A DNA stretch of 64,000 nt from Guillardia theta CCMP2712 (Eukaryota; Protista; Cryptophyta): the NCBI RefSeq assembly GCF_000315625.1, contig NW_005434631.1:379891-443890 (forward strand), in the 5' to 3' direction. The number at the start of each line of letters is the position of its first letter. Positions within the stretch are counted from its first letter, which is position 1. Shown one piece after another: positions 48,500-60,839 of the stretch. The notes under the pieces are model-generated. The model saw nothing but the letters and a program-made list of their open reading frames with translations. It did not search any database and was not told the origin of the DNA. Position numbers and translations under genes: made by a program.

Positions 48500-49433
48500 C
48501 AAGCTCTCGCCTTGGATCCTTGCGGCAACCCCCGCTCGGTCTGGTCTCGGCACCACCCCCTTTGCTTCCCTTTACCACACCCCTTGGTTTCAGCCGTTTC
48601 GGTACTGCAGCCGGTTCAGGGAGGGAGAGGAGGGAGGGAGAGGAAGGAGGGAGAGGAAGGAGGGAGAGGAGGGGATCGGGGGGAAGTGGGAGAGAGGGAG
48701 GAAGGAAGGGAGAGATCAGCGCAGTTGAGAGCGAAGGGAGGGAAGGGAGGAAGAGACTGGGAGAGAGATAGGGGGGAAGTGGGGAGGGGAGGGAGGGAGG
48801 AGGAGGGAGGAAGGGAAGGAATAAATGAAAACTGGTTTTTAGTGTTTGTAACATCATCGAAACAAATATGAACATCAGGGAGAGGAAAGTGAGAAAGAAA
48901 AAGGTGATTCGAGTGATAGCTAAACGAGGACAGAGTGGCAGAAAGGGAGAAGCTCGATTCAAGGTTCCGAGATGAGATTAGACGAGATGGAGGGAAGGAC
49001 GCAATACTATCTTGTATGTCGGGAAAGGAAGGTGGTCAAATAAAGGACACCACGACAAGTTGTATGTGTCTGGTTTCACTCGTGAGATCTTGATTTATTC
49101 ATTCGCAACCAACAGTTTGAGATGAGCGCCAGCGCTGGTCCTGGCTGTGTTATATCTCCATTGATACATGGTTTGACTTTGAGGTGCAGAAGGCGGACCA
49201 AGGGATGTCAGAAGCTGGCGGTGGTAAACTGGCAGAGATCTTGGCCAAGAAAAGAGCAGCCAGGGAAAAAGCCAGGGAGGAGGACAATGTTTCGATCTCG
49301 AGGAACGCATCTTCCAACGTTGGTGAGATGAAGTTGATATCAACTAGATCAACTGATTGATCAAAAGTCATGAGCTCAAGTCTGACGTGTTAGATCAGAT
49401 CAAAACGAATCGGAAGACGATGAAAGAAGGTCC

Positions 49434-50664
49434 TTGTCGCATACAAGTGGCTCCTACGAGCACAGTGAACGATCTCGAACTGGCGGCTTCGTGAACATGA
49501 GTCTGAGTCAAGTGGAGGACCTGACGCGAGTGGCGCAAGGAGGGCTCGGCATCCTCTACCAAGGGATTTGGAGAGGAACAGTCGTTGCCGTGAAGAAGCC
49601 AGTTGATCCGCGAGTCGCCAACGATCCTGCACTCAAGGAAGACTTCCGTAGAGAGGTGAAGTTGTAGCCTCGACCATGTTGTCTCCCTCCTCACTCTCCC
49701 CAGGTTGAGATTCTCAGTGAGATTCGCCACCCCAACGTCGTGCTCCTGATGGGCGCCTGTCTGCAAGGCACGGGCCTCTGCATTGTGCTAGAGTGGTGTC
49801 AGGGAGGCTCTTTGTATGACGTGCTCCATCGGAGGCGGGTGGATATGAACAACCATCAGCGGGTCAAGATCGCGCGGGGCGTCGCTTGCGGCCTTGCCTT
49901 TCTTCACACAGCGTCACCAGCGATCATTCACCGAGACCTCAAGACTCAAAACATTCTCCTCGACGAGACTCTCTCTGCTCCCAAGCTCTGTGACTTCGGT
50001 CTGGCCATCAGGCTCAGCGACAGTTACGTGACCAACGCGCAAGCAGGAACACCTTCGTGAGTAGCTTGTCGCTCCTCCTTTAGGCTGAGAGCTTTCAGAT
50101 ACATGGCGCCTGAGCTGTACCGAGGTGAAGCTTGCTCGCTCGCTTCGGATGTGTATGCCTTCGGCATAGTGCTCTCCGAAATCTTCTCGCAAGAGCTGCC
50201 GTTTGCTGCTCTCGAGCTCTCGGAGATTCGAGAGAAGGAAGGAGACGGAGGATGGGAGGCAGGGGGCCTCTGACTCTCTTGCAGGTTCTGGCTGGCGACC
50301 GTCCGCAGCTTTCTGTGTTGTGCCCCCGACAGGTGCGAGGGGAGGAGGGAGGAGCTCGAGGGGAGGAGGGAGGAGCTCGAGGGGAGGAGGGAGGAGCTCG
50401 AGGGGAGGAGGGAGGAGCTCGAGGGGAGGAGGGAGGAGCTCGAGGGGAGGAGGGAGGAGCTCGAGGGGAGGAGGGAGGAGCTCGAGGGGAGGAGGGAGGA
50501 GCTCGAGTGAGAGGCTGCAGGTTTCTCTCCTCTGCAAGGACTGCTGGGCCGACAGCATCAAGAGCAGGTGAGCTCGCGCTCGCTCCTCCGCGAGATGCTC
50601 ACAGTCCCTCAGACCGTCGATGCAAGACGTGTCGTCGAGGCTGCTTGAAGACATGAAACTCTGA
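49434..50664 (+). CDS. TKL/Raf-like protein kinase, multi-exon
   Basis: VAQGGLGILYQGIWRGTVVAVKK, RHPNVV, HRDLKTQN, DFG, GTPS/YMAPE, SDVYAFG, RPSM. Start uncertain. Confidence 0.92.
50337..50506. repeat. 21-bp intronic repeat (GAGGGGAGGAGGGAGGAGCTC) x8
   Basis: Perfect tandem copies inside a kinase intron. Confidence 0.93.
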
Positions 50665-50813
50665 CGGTAGCGAGGCAACGATATGAGCTCATGGATCCTA
50701 TTAAAGAGAGAACACAAGAAATAGCCTTTCTCCCACCAATGATCTCAAACAGGCTGACTAGGTCAACTGTCAACGTTTACATACAAATGTACATACAAGA
50801 ACAACAGCTACGT

Positions 50814-51311
50814 TCACCAGTTCTGTATAGAATCGTTATCCGAGAAGCTGATACCCAGTCCCTCATCAGAAAACTTGTCGTCCTGGCTGATGTGGAGGCC
50901 CTGGAACCCATCACTCCAACTGTCGTCATCCCAGTCTTGAGCATAACTGGGCTCGTCAAACGAACCGTCAGCATGGATCACGTCTGAATCGTCCTCGCCC
51001 CCATCTACTTTGTCGAGAACTGTCTTGAGGGCCCAATATTCAGGATGAGAGCGTCCTTCGTCACAAAGAATCGTCAGCTGCTGCTTCAAAGCCACTCTTG
51101 TCTTGCGATCGTGCAACGCTCGGATGACTTGCTTCCTGAGAGCCGGGTTCCTTTGAAGCAGCGCCCTTCCTCTCTGAATCAAAGTGCTCCTTCCTTCCTT
51201 GTACTGCATCGTACGGGAAGTTGAATCTTCAGTGGCATACATCATCATCATCGTCAGCAGTATCGCCGCCATCCCCATCCCCCCTCCCACCAATGCTCGC
51301 ACGCTCGCCAT
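50814..51311 (-). CDS. Hypothetical protein with N-terminal membrane anchor
   Basis: 165-aa ORF, hydrophobic N-terminus, acidic W-rich tail. Confidence 0.6.
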   Translation of the reverse strand: MASVRALVGGGMGMAAILLTMMMMYATEDSTSRTMQYKEGRSTLIQRGRALLQRNPALRKQVIRALHDRKTRVALKQQLTILCDEGRSHPEYWALKTVLDKVDGGEDDSDVIHADGSFDEPSYAQDWDDDSWSDGFQGLHISQDDKFSDEGLGISFSDNDSIQNW

Positions 51312-51991
51312 CGCGACTCTTCACCTCACCTCTGATACCCTCGTCCCCACTCAGACCTTCTCGCTGCAAGAAGCAAAGGCAGAACAATAAAAGTAGGCAA
51401 GTGATTATGAAGTGATACAACAGAGATAGGGCAGCAAGTGGGCGCATGCAGTTGGTCATGCCAGGGAGAGAGAGATCGAGGAGGGAGGGAGGGAGGGAGG
51501 GAGGGAGGGAGGGGAGGGGGGGCGGAACGAGAAGCAAAGTAAAGAGAAGAGAGTGGAGAGAGAAAAGTGACAGAGGGGAAGAAAGAGATGGAGGTGTTGA
51601 AACATCGGAGAACATATTCTAAACCGGTTTACTCAATCAGTATGATGTTGAAACTCATAAGGGCAGGAGATAGACTTGTTATGAGTAGCTATCCCCTGCC
51701 CTTTTGAGGAGCTAGGCAGCATTTTGAAAGAGTGAGCTTGCCAGTATGCTTACATTGAACTCTACAAGAGGCTAGTTCTGTAGTGTTTTGTTGACGACAA
51801 GTTTGGATTCTCCATATCTAAAGCTGATGTCAGCTCGTTTGTGTTTGACGAAGAAAGAGCAAGACAAGGTTGAAACATGGGCTGGTGGCCTTTCGGTGGC
51901 GGGGGACTCTCTCAGAAGCAGCTGGAAGAGAAAAGACAGGTACGACCCCGCCGCACCCACTGTTAACTGAGCTCATCAAAATGAACAGATC

Positions 51992-52219
51992 ATGACGCTG
52001 ACAAACGAAGTAGAAGCGATGGGGGACATGTTCACCCGAATGAATAGACGATGCTACGACAAATGCCTGGCCAACGCCGTCGCTGAAGGTCGAGATTATG
52101 GAGAAGAGCTCTCCATCGATGAAGACAAGTGCCTTGTTTCCTGTGCCTCGAAGTTCGTAGCTACACAACAGAAAGTTGGAGAAATTTTCATGCAGGAGGC
52201 TCAAGCGGCAGGCAATTAA
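51992..52219 (+). CDS. Mitochondrial small Tim chaperone (Tim10-like, twin CX3C)
   Basis: EVEAMGDMFTRM..CYDKC...ELS..E..CLVSC.SKF, 75 aa. Confidence 0.85.
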   Translation: MTLTNEVEAMGDMFTRMNRRCYDKCLANAVAEGRDYGEELSIDEDKCLVSCASKFVATQQKVGEIFMQEAQAAGN

Positions 52220-52420
52220 ATCGATCGGAGGAGGGGCACACAGGAGAGACAAGTCACTGATTTTCACGTCACGATGAAGAACCTATTTTCAATCATATTG
52301 CTCTGTGTAGCAATTAGATAAGTATGTATTGCATCTGCATATTGCCCAAGTGGTATCCAAGCATCGACCCACCACCCTCACCCCAATCGTCTCTTCCTCA
52401 CCCATTCCAGTCCTGGCGTT

Positions 52421-53449
52421 TCAGGCATATGCGACACTCTGAGGATGTTTGGACGTTCCCTCAGCCTGATCGCTGCTCCAAGACATGGTGAAATCCACAT
52501 TCTTGGGATGACGATAGTCTTCTCTGGATTCTGGGATGAACTGAAAGTAATAGAAAGCCAAAACAGCTGAGATTAACGCCCACAGCAGCGCGAAATATGG
52601 ATCATCTATGAGCATGGCAACGTGAGCTCCCACTGAGATGCTGATGAGTAGAAGCGCAGCCCAGGGTCTGGTGCAGGACCAACACAAGCCGACAATGAAG
52701 CACGCTGTTCCTATGATGAATAAGAACGCCATGAATACCACCGATGTGATGCAGTCCTCCTCATCTGGAGTAGATGGCAACCCAAAGTCAACTAGGATCC
52801 AGCACATCGGAATGTTTGCGACAAGATAACCGACGTACATGGCCACAACCCCACCTATCGACAGCCATGGCCTCAGCTTGGCTGCGAAGCCATGAGCCCA
52901 GAGCGCCTCTCTCTCCATGAGGTCAGCCGGTTTCGGCTCTCGAGACCAAATGTTGAGATCCATGTCACGGACTGTAAGCACAGCGAAGATCTCACTGTAG
53001 AGCAGACACGTGAACCCCACGAACCCGATGGCCATGCCGGTGATCATGTGCGCCACTATCCCCTTGTTTTCTTCCGGATGATGCTGCACCCATTTCTCTG
53101 CTTCTTCATCGATTTCGTCATAGCTCATCGACGTACTCGAATTCTCCTCCACGTTCAATGCCTCTTTGTCCTGATTTACTTCAATACCCCCTGCATGCAA
53201 CGTTGCCTTTTGGAACGATTTGGGCAAGGAGCTCAAAATAAGAAGCTTGCTCTGATGATTAGAGAACCGACGATACATCTTGTACTCATCTGCACGCGTT
53301 GAGACCGCCAATGCAAAGATCGAAGTAACAAGCACCAAGCAGGCTATGAGATACCCGGTACCGCGCTTGGAAATTCCTTCTCTGCGTGGAAGATTCTCTT
53401 CTCGTTTCCTACTAGTGGGGATAGACCCATAGTTTGGTCCCTGAATCAT
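52421..53449 (-). CDS. Hypothetical multi-pass membrane protein
   Basis: Intact 342-aa ORF with about six hydrophobic segments. Confidence 0.7.
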   Translation of the reverse strand: MIQGPNYGSIPTSRKREENLPRREGISKRGTGYLIACLVLVTSIFALAVSTRADEYKMYRRFSNHQSKLLILSSLPKSFQKATLHAGGIEVNQDKEALNVEENSSTSMSYDEIDEEAEKWVQHHPEENKGIVAHMITGMAIGFVGFTCLLYSEIFAVLTVRDMDLNIWSREPKPADLMEREALWAHGFAAKLRPWLSIGGVVAMYVGYLVANIPMCWILVDFGLPSTPDEEDCITSVVFMAFLFIIGTACFIVGLCWSCTRPWAALLLISISVGAHVAMLIDDPYFALLWALISAVLAFYYFQFIPESREDYRHPKNVDFTMSWSSDQAEGTSKHPQSVAYA

Positions 53450-54117
53450 GCCTTGTCCAGTTAGATTGCCTTGTGTGCTGAATGCACGATAGTTGAAACC
53501 GAAAGCAAACTTCCAGCAACCAGTTTCTCCTCTCCTCTGCTCACTGTTCTATTTGTTGGTTGTTTCAGTGACTTTCCTCTGTCTGTCTGTCTGTCTCGAC
53601 CTACAAGAGCTTGTAATCTCCTCGTTCCTTCGCTTTCTGCTTCTCTCCTCTCCTCCTCTTCTCACTTCACTCGTAGACGCGTGCGAAAGGCCACACCATC
53701 GCTGATCGCCGGGGCCCTCGTCCCCCTCCTACCCGGGCCTCACCCAGGTCACTGAGCAGGTCACTCGCCACTCGCACCTTATGTGGATCTGAGTGGGGAG
53801 GTGGCGCGTCACCAAGAGCCATGGGGGGGAGGGAGGGAGGGAGAGACAGGGGGAGGGGAGCGATGGCAGGAGCGAGAGAAGGAGATCAGGTCAGATCAAG
53901 ACCGGAGGATGTAAGTAGGCAGGAGTAGAGGGGGAGAAGACATGAAGAGAGGGGTAAGATGCCTTATCGTCAAACGAGAGGAGAGAAACATGATCGGGAA
54001 AAAGAAGGCAGGACACAGCGAGACGAGCGGCAGCAAGAAAAAGAGGGAAAGTGGGAGGATCGAAATTAAGAGAAACTGAGGACGAAAACTGAGACAGCTG
54101 ATGCAGGAGCTCTCAAG

Positions 54118-56598
54118 ATGGATGGTAGCAAGCGCAGGATGCTTGGACTACCCAAGTCTCTCCTTGCCGCCGCTGTTCTTGTTGTGGTAGCCATTTGCTG
54201 TTCTCTGGCAGGATTCTCGACACCTGTTCAACTCGAGCAAGGATGTGGGCGACTATGTCAGGCAAGAAACATGATCCTGAATGCCAAGAAAGCCCTCGAC
54301 AATAAAGCCGATTCTGAGATTCGACTTCTACAAGTACAACAGCACTGTTCCTTCAAATGCTTCAACTAACTGATCGCTCAGGGAGAAAAGTTTGCAGCAC
54401 CTCGGACACCAAAAACCACAGCAAGACACGAGCATGAGGCTCAAAGGTCCAACGAGGCGTCAAGAAACGTTGTGAGACCAAGCTATCAGAAGGAAGAGAT
54501 CTCAAAGCAAGATCTCGCCAAGTTCGTTAGTGAGACGATCGCGGAAGAGAAGAAGATCATGAAACATGCAAGCAAACATCACCATCACCATCATATCACA
54601 AAGGGAACGCAGCAACTCTCTCCTCAATCGCAGCATCCAACCCAAGGGGACAAGCCTAAGCTTTCGTACTGGTGTGAGGACAACCCCAATTGGCGGGGAC
54701 CCTTCGGAGACGCTTGTGTGTCGTATGCTGTCGGAGGAGATCGGCAGTTCTGGTGCGACTGGGATGGCGCAGGCGACATGGGGGCTTGTCCTGTGGCCTG
54801 TGGTACATGCAACCCTGGTTACTACTACCGCGCCGAACAAGATGAGCGGCGAGAGCATCACCTGCTTCATGAGCATTTCGATCCCCAGGTGGCACCGCCA
54901 AGCAAAGAAGTCAAGATCAATATCACAGTGAACCAGGGGCCTCAAGTCCCCATATCGATTGCACGTCAACGCGACATGCAGGCTAATTTGTTTCATGATA
55001 TTGAAGAGATGAAAGAGGACTTGAAGAAGGTTGTTGAAATTACACAGGAGGATGCTCGTGAAAGAAAGAAGAAAGAAAAAGACTCGATCCAACCAGCCTT
55101 TATTTCTTCGGAAGAAGCCAATCGAGACATGGCAAGATTCTATTCCCAGGAATCAGCGAAGAAGGACAAGATCGTATCGATGAAGAACGCTTCATGGGCG
55201 CTCACGGACCTGATGTCGTGGTTTAACAAACAGGAGAAGCAGATTCAGATACGAGATCTCAGAGAACGCAAGAGACATCGTCTCAACGGGCACGCGACCC
55301 CAGCCAAGGAGGGAGACTATGATTTCCTCAAGTTCCCTCAAATGCAAGTCGACAAGACCATCAAGACACGCAGGTTGTCAGAACGAGCAGCTGACGATGA
55401 TATGCAACATTACTGGAAACTTGCCTTGTCAAACACAAGCAGGAGTTCCATGGCAAGCTTCTCTTCGGCTCGAGCTAGACGTGAACTTGGAAGGTATCTC
55501 GAGAGCAAGCTGCAAAGTGCAAAAGCCCTCCATCGAGAAGCCAGAGATTCGGCAGAACGACGGCGGAAGGCGAATGGCCTCGGGTGGGAAGCGGTGAAGG
55601 CGGACTCAAAGATGTCGACTGAGCAATCAGAGGCAGACATAGAGAAGTTCTGGAATTCGATGCCTACAGAGGCTGTTCGGATTCACCCGACGGGAAAGAA
55701 GCAGGAGGCTCCTGAGAAAACAAAAAAGCCCCTGGCCCGTAAGCCTGTTGCCTCCAACAAGCACGATCCAGGACGTTCATTGTCGCGTCGGAGATCAGCT
55801 GATCTAGCGAGGGCAGGAAGGATGATGAACGACGAGGAGTCCAAGTCTGACATGCAGACGTACTGGAACACCCTGACGGCATCAACTGACTTACACACAA
55901 AAGCAAGGGGGGGGCATACTCGTTCACATACAGTGAAGCAGCCCAGCATAGAGGAGGAAGTGAACAGCCTGGGGTTGCCGACTGGGGGGGCAGAAGCCGT
56001 AGCTCTGCCGCACAGACCGCTGACGTCAGAGGCTGCGCACGCGTCGTTAGAGGACTACTTCTCTAAGATGGTGAAGCGAGCGAAGCAGCTGGACGGGTAC
56101 GACAGAAAGACAAGGGAAAAGTTGATTGCCGAGGCGAAGCTGCGCGCGAAGAAGAGAGCAATGCTCGCTGCTGCTAAGGTCACCAGCGCCAACCGCTCTT
56201 GCTTTGCTCATCTTTTCTTCGACAGGGCAACAGCCAGCTTTTCGCCCTTGCACGCAGACAGGAGGTGATGCTCTGGGTGCGGCAGACCTGGTCTTGCGAC
56301 TGATTTCTTACCTGTCAGCTCTACCAAGCTCCTGCTCCTCGTCCCATGGCCCCTGGAGCCAGTGGTTGGGCCCCAGTAGCGGTGCGGGAGGCGATGTCAA
56401 CCTTATCCTTCTGATCGGTCACAGGCATGGAGACAGGGCGGGGCAGAGCCATCAAGAGCAGCCCCCGCATGGAGGTGAGCCAATTGACATGCGCCATGTA
56501 GCTGATGTGCCTGCCAGCCAAGCACAAGAGAGGAGGCTCGAGTACCAGCAAGCATACAGCAACTTCCTCAACAACGTTAACGCGCAAGTTCCCGTTTA
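54118..56598 (+). CDS. Hypothetical signal-anchored protein with a Cys-rich (ShK-like) module and dispersed helical repeats
   Basis: Hydrophobic N-terminal exon and a 598-codon exon containing CEDNPNW..C..C..CPVACGTC. The 3' exons are tentative. Confidence 0.65.
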
Positions 56599-56683
56599 AT
56601 CCTTCGCTCTATATTATTTTGTCCTATAAATTCCTTTCAGTCAGAGATGAGCCGGACAAACAGAAGGAGGAGCAAGCACGCGA

Positions 56684-57448
56684 TCAGTGCTTCTCGTAGT
56701 GATTCCTGATGCACGGGATGTCCATCATCATCCGGTAGAACTCAGAGAGCTTTGGGTAGCCATCGACAATGTCGGTCGGGATCCCGTCCAACCTTCCGGA
56801 TTTGAGCTGTCGAAGTTGAGGAAGCATCACGCAGTCAGCGATGGTAACACAGTCCCCAACGAAGAAGCCAGTGCCGTTTTGCACCAGCTTCTCTTCAAAG
56901 TATCCCAAGAAGCGTGGGATGTCGTCTTTGAGCAGCGTCTCCCTCAGCCGCCCTTGGATCGCCTTCCTCTCCGCCTCCGGAAGGTCTTCAGCGTACCTGA
57001 ACGTCAGCGGTCATTCTTCCACCTGCTGCTCTCACAGTGCTCACCCATAGACGTGTGGCCTCATGCCGACGTAGATGGATGGAGCGATCGCTCGAGCCAT
57101 GTCTCCCTGCAGCCCGACTATCTCGTCGACCTGCCCCCATGGTAAGCCACCACCAGGTTGTCAGCAGCAACTCACCTTCAGTGCCTTATCGAAATCTTCA
57201 GGATAGAGCTTTGTCAGCTTGCCTGCGTAACGGAGCATTGCCTCGCTCTGCGTGATGGGAGCGCCACCATCGACGGTGAGGAAGGGAAGCTGGCCGTAAG
57301 GGGCGCGCTGCTTGACGGCTGGGTCGGACCAGTCCTTGAAGTTGATGCGCTCATCTTGGAAGGCAACACCTCCGAGGAGCAGCGTGAGGCGAACCTTCTC
57401 CGCCACTCCCTCAATGTCGAAGTACACCAGGTGAAGGGACGGCGCCAT
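56684..57448 (-). CDS. Glutathione S-transferase (sigma-like), multi-exon
   Basis: LVYFDIEGVAEKVRL, PYGQLPFL.VDG, QSEAMLRY, FFVGDCVTIAD, YPKL. Confidence 0.92.
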
Positions 57449-57770
57449 GCAGGGGATCTTCTGTTGTTGTGGGGGTAGGGGTGCACAGCTTCAAAGAGCG
57501 TTCTCGACTTTTTCTGGGGTACTTTACTGGAAAAAACGGGGTCCAAATTGAGATGGGTGGGTGGGTGAAGGGTTGCAACTCAGGGTGGTTCGGGTGCGGG
57601 TGCTGTTCGGGTGTTGGTTAGGAGGGGATGAGGGCCTGGAATGTTCTATGGCCTGTTGTAGAGCTAGTAGGGGTAGGGTAGCAGTAAGACTGGGGGGTAG
57701 TGGTACGAGGGGGTAGGGGTGAAGTGGTAAAATATAGAGGCAGCAAAATGGTGTGAGGGGTCCACGCGCG

Positions 57771-57842
57771 TGTCGGATCTGAGATTCGAACTCAGGTTGC
57801 CACGGCCACAACGTGGAGTACTGACCACTATACGAATCCGAC
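57771..57842 (-). tRNA. tRNA-His (GTG), copy 1
   Basis: GTCGGAT/ATCCGAC acceptor stem, anticodon arm CCACG-TTGTGGC-CGTGG, GTTCGAATC T-loop. Confidence 0.95.
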
Positions 57843-58474
57843 CTCCCCATGCCCTTTATCCCCGATCTCAGTGTACATATACCCGCCGCCCTTTCATCTT
57901 CCTCACCCCTACCCCCATGTATGGTATCTGCATCACCCCTCATATCCCAATGACGCTCACGGGCCCGCGCCACTGGAACGAAGTGAAGGGGATGAGGGAG
58001 CGTGGAGGAAGCTTTAGAACCATGGCAAGGAATCAGATCCGATGAGTACAAGTAGCCGTGCTGATGAGCGACAGGCGGGATTAGAATCATAATCAGAAGA
58101 CACCATCCAACATATCTAGCTGTTTTTCAAAGAAGTACTTTTCAGGAATCTTTTGATACTTTCCGACCTTAGTGATGTACTCGACCATACTCACGTTCCT
58201 CATTGGAGCGAGAGGAGAATTTCTGTAATCGGTCTTTTATGCCGAAGTTTCAAGGGTTCCGTTGTCATGCATATTGATGCATTTATTGTTTTTAGTTTCC
58301 TCCTCCTCCTCTTCATTTTCTACAACCACGTATGAAATGTTTGCGCCTTGCAAAGTGCTGAGCTCATCTTTTCATCCGACACTCTCACATTTCGAAACAC
58401 TGTAGATTACTATTTTGTTTTCATTTTCCAAGCGTAATTCATCTTTCTCCTCCAATTGATGTTTTTTCTCCTAG

Positions 58475-58741
58475 ATGTCAAAGTCGGATGTGTTGCATTT
58501 GTACAGGAATTTGTTGCGCAACAGCAAGAAATTCTGCAATTATAATTTCAGGGAATATTTTTTGAGGAGAACCAAGGAAGATTTCAAGTGTCACAAGAAT
58601 GAGTCAGATCCCAGCAAGGTTCAACAACTCCTTGAGAAAGCCAGACAAGATCTCGTCGTGATTTCTCGACAAGCTACTCTCAGCCAGATGTATGCCGCCG
58701 ATCGCCCCTTCATTGTCGAGCAAGCCAACGCTGACAAGTAA
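58475..58741 (+). CDS. LYRM4: LYR motif protein 4 (ISD11)
   Basis: VLHLYRNLLR..KKF.NYNFREYFLRR...F..NE.D...RQATLSQMY. Confidence 0.9.
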   Translation: MSKSDVLHLYRNLLRNSKKFCNYNFREYFLRRTKEDFKCHKNESDPSKVQQLLEKARQDLVVISRQATLSQMYAADRPFIVEQANADK

Positions 58742-59068
58742 TTAGCACGTATAATAAAGGAATTGTCGATAAGCAACCGACGATGATGTATTCGAGCTGT
58801 TTGTTGGACTTGTGAGATGTTCAAGGGTTCACAATCAGAATTTTGATTGATTTGTACTAATTCTCTAATTACTTGCATGATTCCAACTGAGTGCACAGCC
58901 AAGCTTGTCGCATCTCCCGCCTGACTCGGCTCAGATTCTCCAGATCTTCTTCGACGCAGCAAGCCATCACACCATGATCGACCCTCTCCGAAACAAGAAT
59001 GCAAGGCCAGGATGACCTTGCGCTACATGCATCTTCCACTAATTGTTCATTCTAAGATGATTGACATA

Positions 59069-59986
59069 TCAATGACCATTTCTTTCGTTGAAAGAGTGAA
59101 CTCGCGCTGACATCCAAGCATAGAATTCGGCATCTTCCCGCATACGTTGTCTATGCGGACAATCTTTCTTTCCTTCAGCCACTCGGCGTGCATTCCTTCC
59201 CCACAGAATGACACCCATGTAGCAAACCTTGGTGGCTACCCAGTTAATCAGCCATGACGGGAGCTTGTGGATCTTAGGGTCGACACTGCCAGCTGCAACT
59301 ACCTTTGTCTTGTTGTTGTTGATTGGAATCAATTTCACCGCTGCATACTTGATGTCGATGCGAACTGTTTTCGGCTTCACCTCTGGGAATGTAACTCCCT
59401 CCATTTCTTCGAGACTGCGAATCAGAAGCAGCACACACCCATCTTCATCGAGGCCATCTATCGCCCGTCCGTACACGCAGGAATCACGGTGAGAAAAAAT
59501 TGCTGGAAGGGGGGACTTGATTTTCCACCAACAGACTCGCTCACACTTGGACGGTTTTGACAAGAGCTCACTGTCACTGATGAACGGGAGCCAACTGGGG
59601 AACAGAGTGATCTCGTTCACCATGACGAGGAGATATTCCAGGGGGGCATCAATCGTAGCTGCAACACGAAGCGCATGGATTGGGGAGTCTGCTTCAGGCT
59701 TGTACCAAACCCGTATGTCATCTTCTTTGGAGCCGTAGACGTGGTTCCAACCATCATCACCTTGTAAATCCTTGCAAAAACCTTCTGCCTCTTCTGAAGC
59801 ATCCCTCACCTGCTGCATGAACGCCTCATGCTTCGAGTGCGCGTTGGGGAACTTGTCAGCGATGTCTCGCTCTAGTCGGACTGCCTGGAACAAGCAGTCT
59901 TCTTGGAAGAGCTTCTTGCATCTGGCAACCATCTCCTCTCCTTCCTCGCCCTTCGTTGCTGCCTCTTGTTCTTCCTGTCCCCCCAT
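59069..59986 (-). CDS. START-like domain protein
   Basis: DDGW, IRVWYK, LFPSWLPF, FSHRDSC, VDPKI..LPSWLINW. Confidence 0.82.
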   Translation of the reverse strand: MGGQEEQEAATKGEEGEEMVARCKKLFQEDCLFQAVRLERDIADKFPNAHSKHEAFMQQVRDASEEAEGFCKDLQGDDGWNHVYGSKEDDIRVWYKPEADSPIHALRVAATIDAPLEYLLVMVNEITLFPSWLPFISDSELLSKPSKCERVCWWKIKSPLPAIFSHRDSCVYGRAIDGLDEDGCVLLLIRSLEEMEGVTFPEVKPKTVRIDIKYAAVKLIPINNNKTKVVAAGSVDPKIHKLPSWLINWVATKVCYMGVILWGRNARRVAEGKKDCPHRQRMREDAEFYAWMSARVHSFNERNGH

Positions 59987-60200
59987 TCTGTTCGGCCACC
60001 CTACAAGATGGGGATGCCAAGCAAAACATCAGGGTCTGAATCGATTCGAATCAGACGCCCGGACATAAAAAGGGGGCTTGGTAGGGGTCCATTCTCCTAG
60101 AGCTGGCAGCGACGTAGTGAGGTGGGGTGGGGTAGGGAAAGGTAGGGAGGGGTGGGGTTGACAATATTGGCAGCAAAAAGGTGTGAGGGGTCCACGCGCG

Positions 60201-60272
60201 TGTCGGATCTGAGATTCGAACTCAGGTTGCCACGGCCACAACGTGGAGTACTGACCACTATACGAATCCGAC
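60201..60272 (-). tRNA. tRNA-His (GTG), copy 2
   Basis: Identical to copy 1. Confidence 0.95.
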
Positions 60273-60839
60273 CTCCCCATGCCCCTCATCCCCGATCTCA
60301 GTGTACATATACCCGCCGCATTACCCGCCGCCAGCCCGCCGCCCTCTCCCCAACATGGCGGGAGGGCGAGATGAAAGTGTAACATGAGCACGAGAGAAGG
60401 AGGAGTAGAATAAGCAATGGCAGCAGAAGAGGAGGATAGTAGGGCAGGGCCGGGCCAGGGCCAGAAGCCTGAGCTCGATAAGAGATCACAGTCCGATGGT
60501 CAAGAGAAACGGGTGGAAGGGAAACGAGTGCCGGAGCGGGTACATGAGCAGGAGTGCAACTTGTTCATAGCACAACAACGAGGTGACTTCGAGGTGGCTT
60601 CGCCTCGATTACTGCAATCGCAAGGAACCAGCAAGAGAGTTTGACGTGAGAACGACCCGGTAGTGTCTTTACTGTATGAGAGCCGAAGAAACGTTCACTG
60701 CTGCTGCCGACTGACTCAGCCGAAGTGAAAAGTGAAATGGTGACTGCCGCCACCGCCTCCTCCAAATCCGAAGGGAAAACCTTGGCCAGGATTACCCTGA
60801 GAGCAAGGTCAGCAACCACGGGAGATAGCTCTGCCTTGA

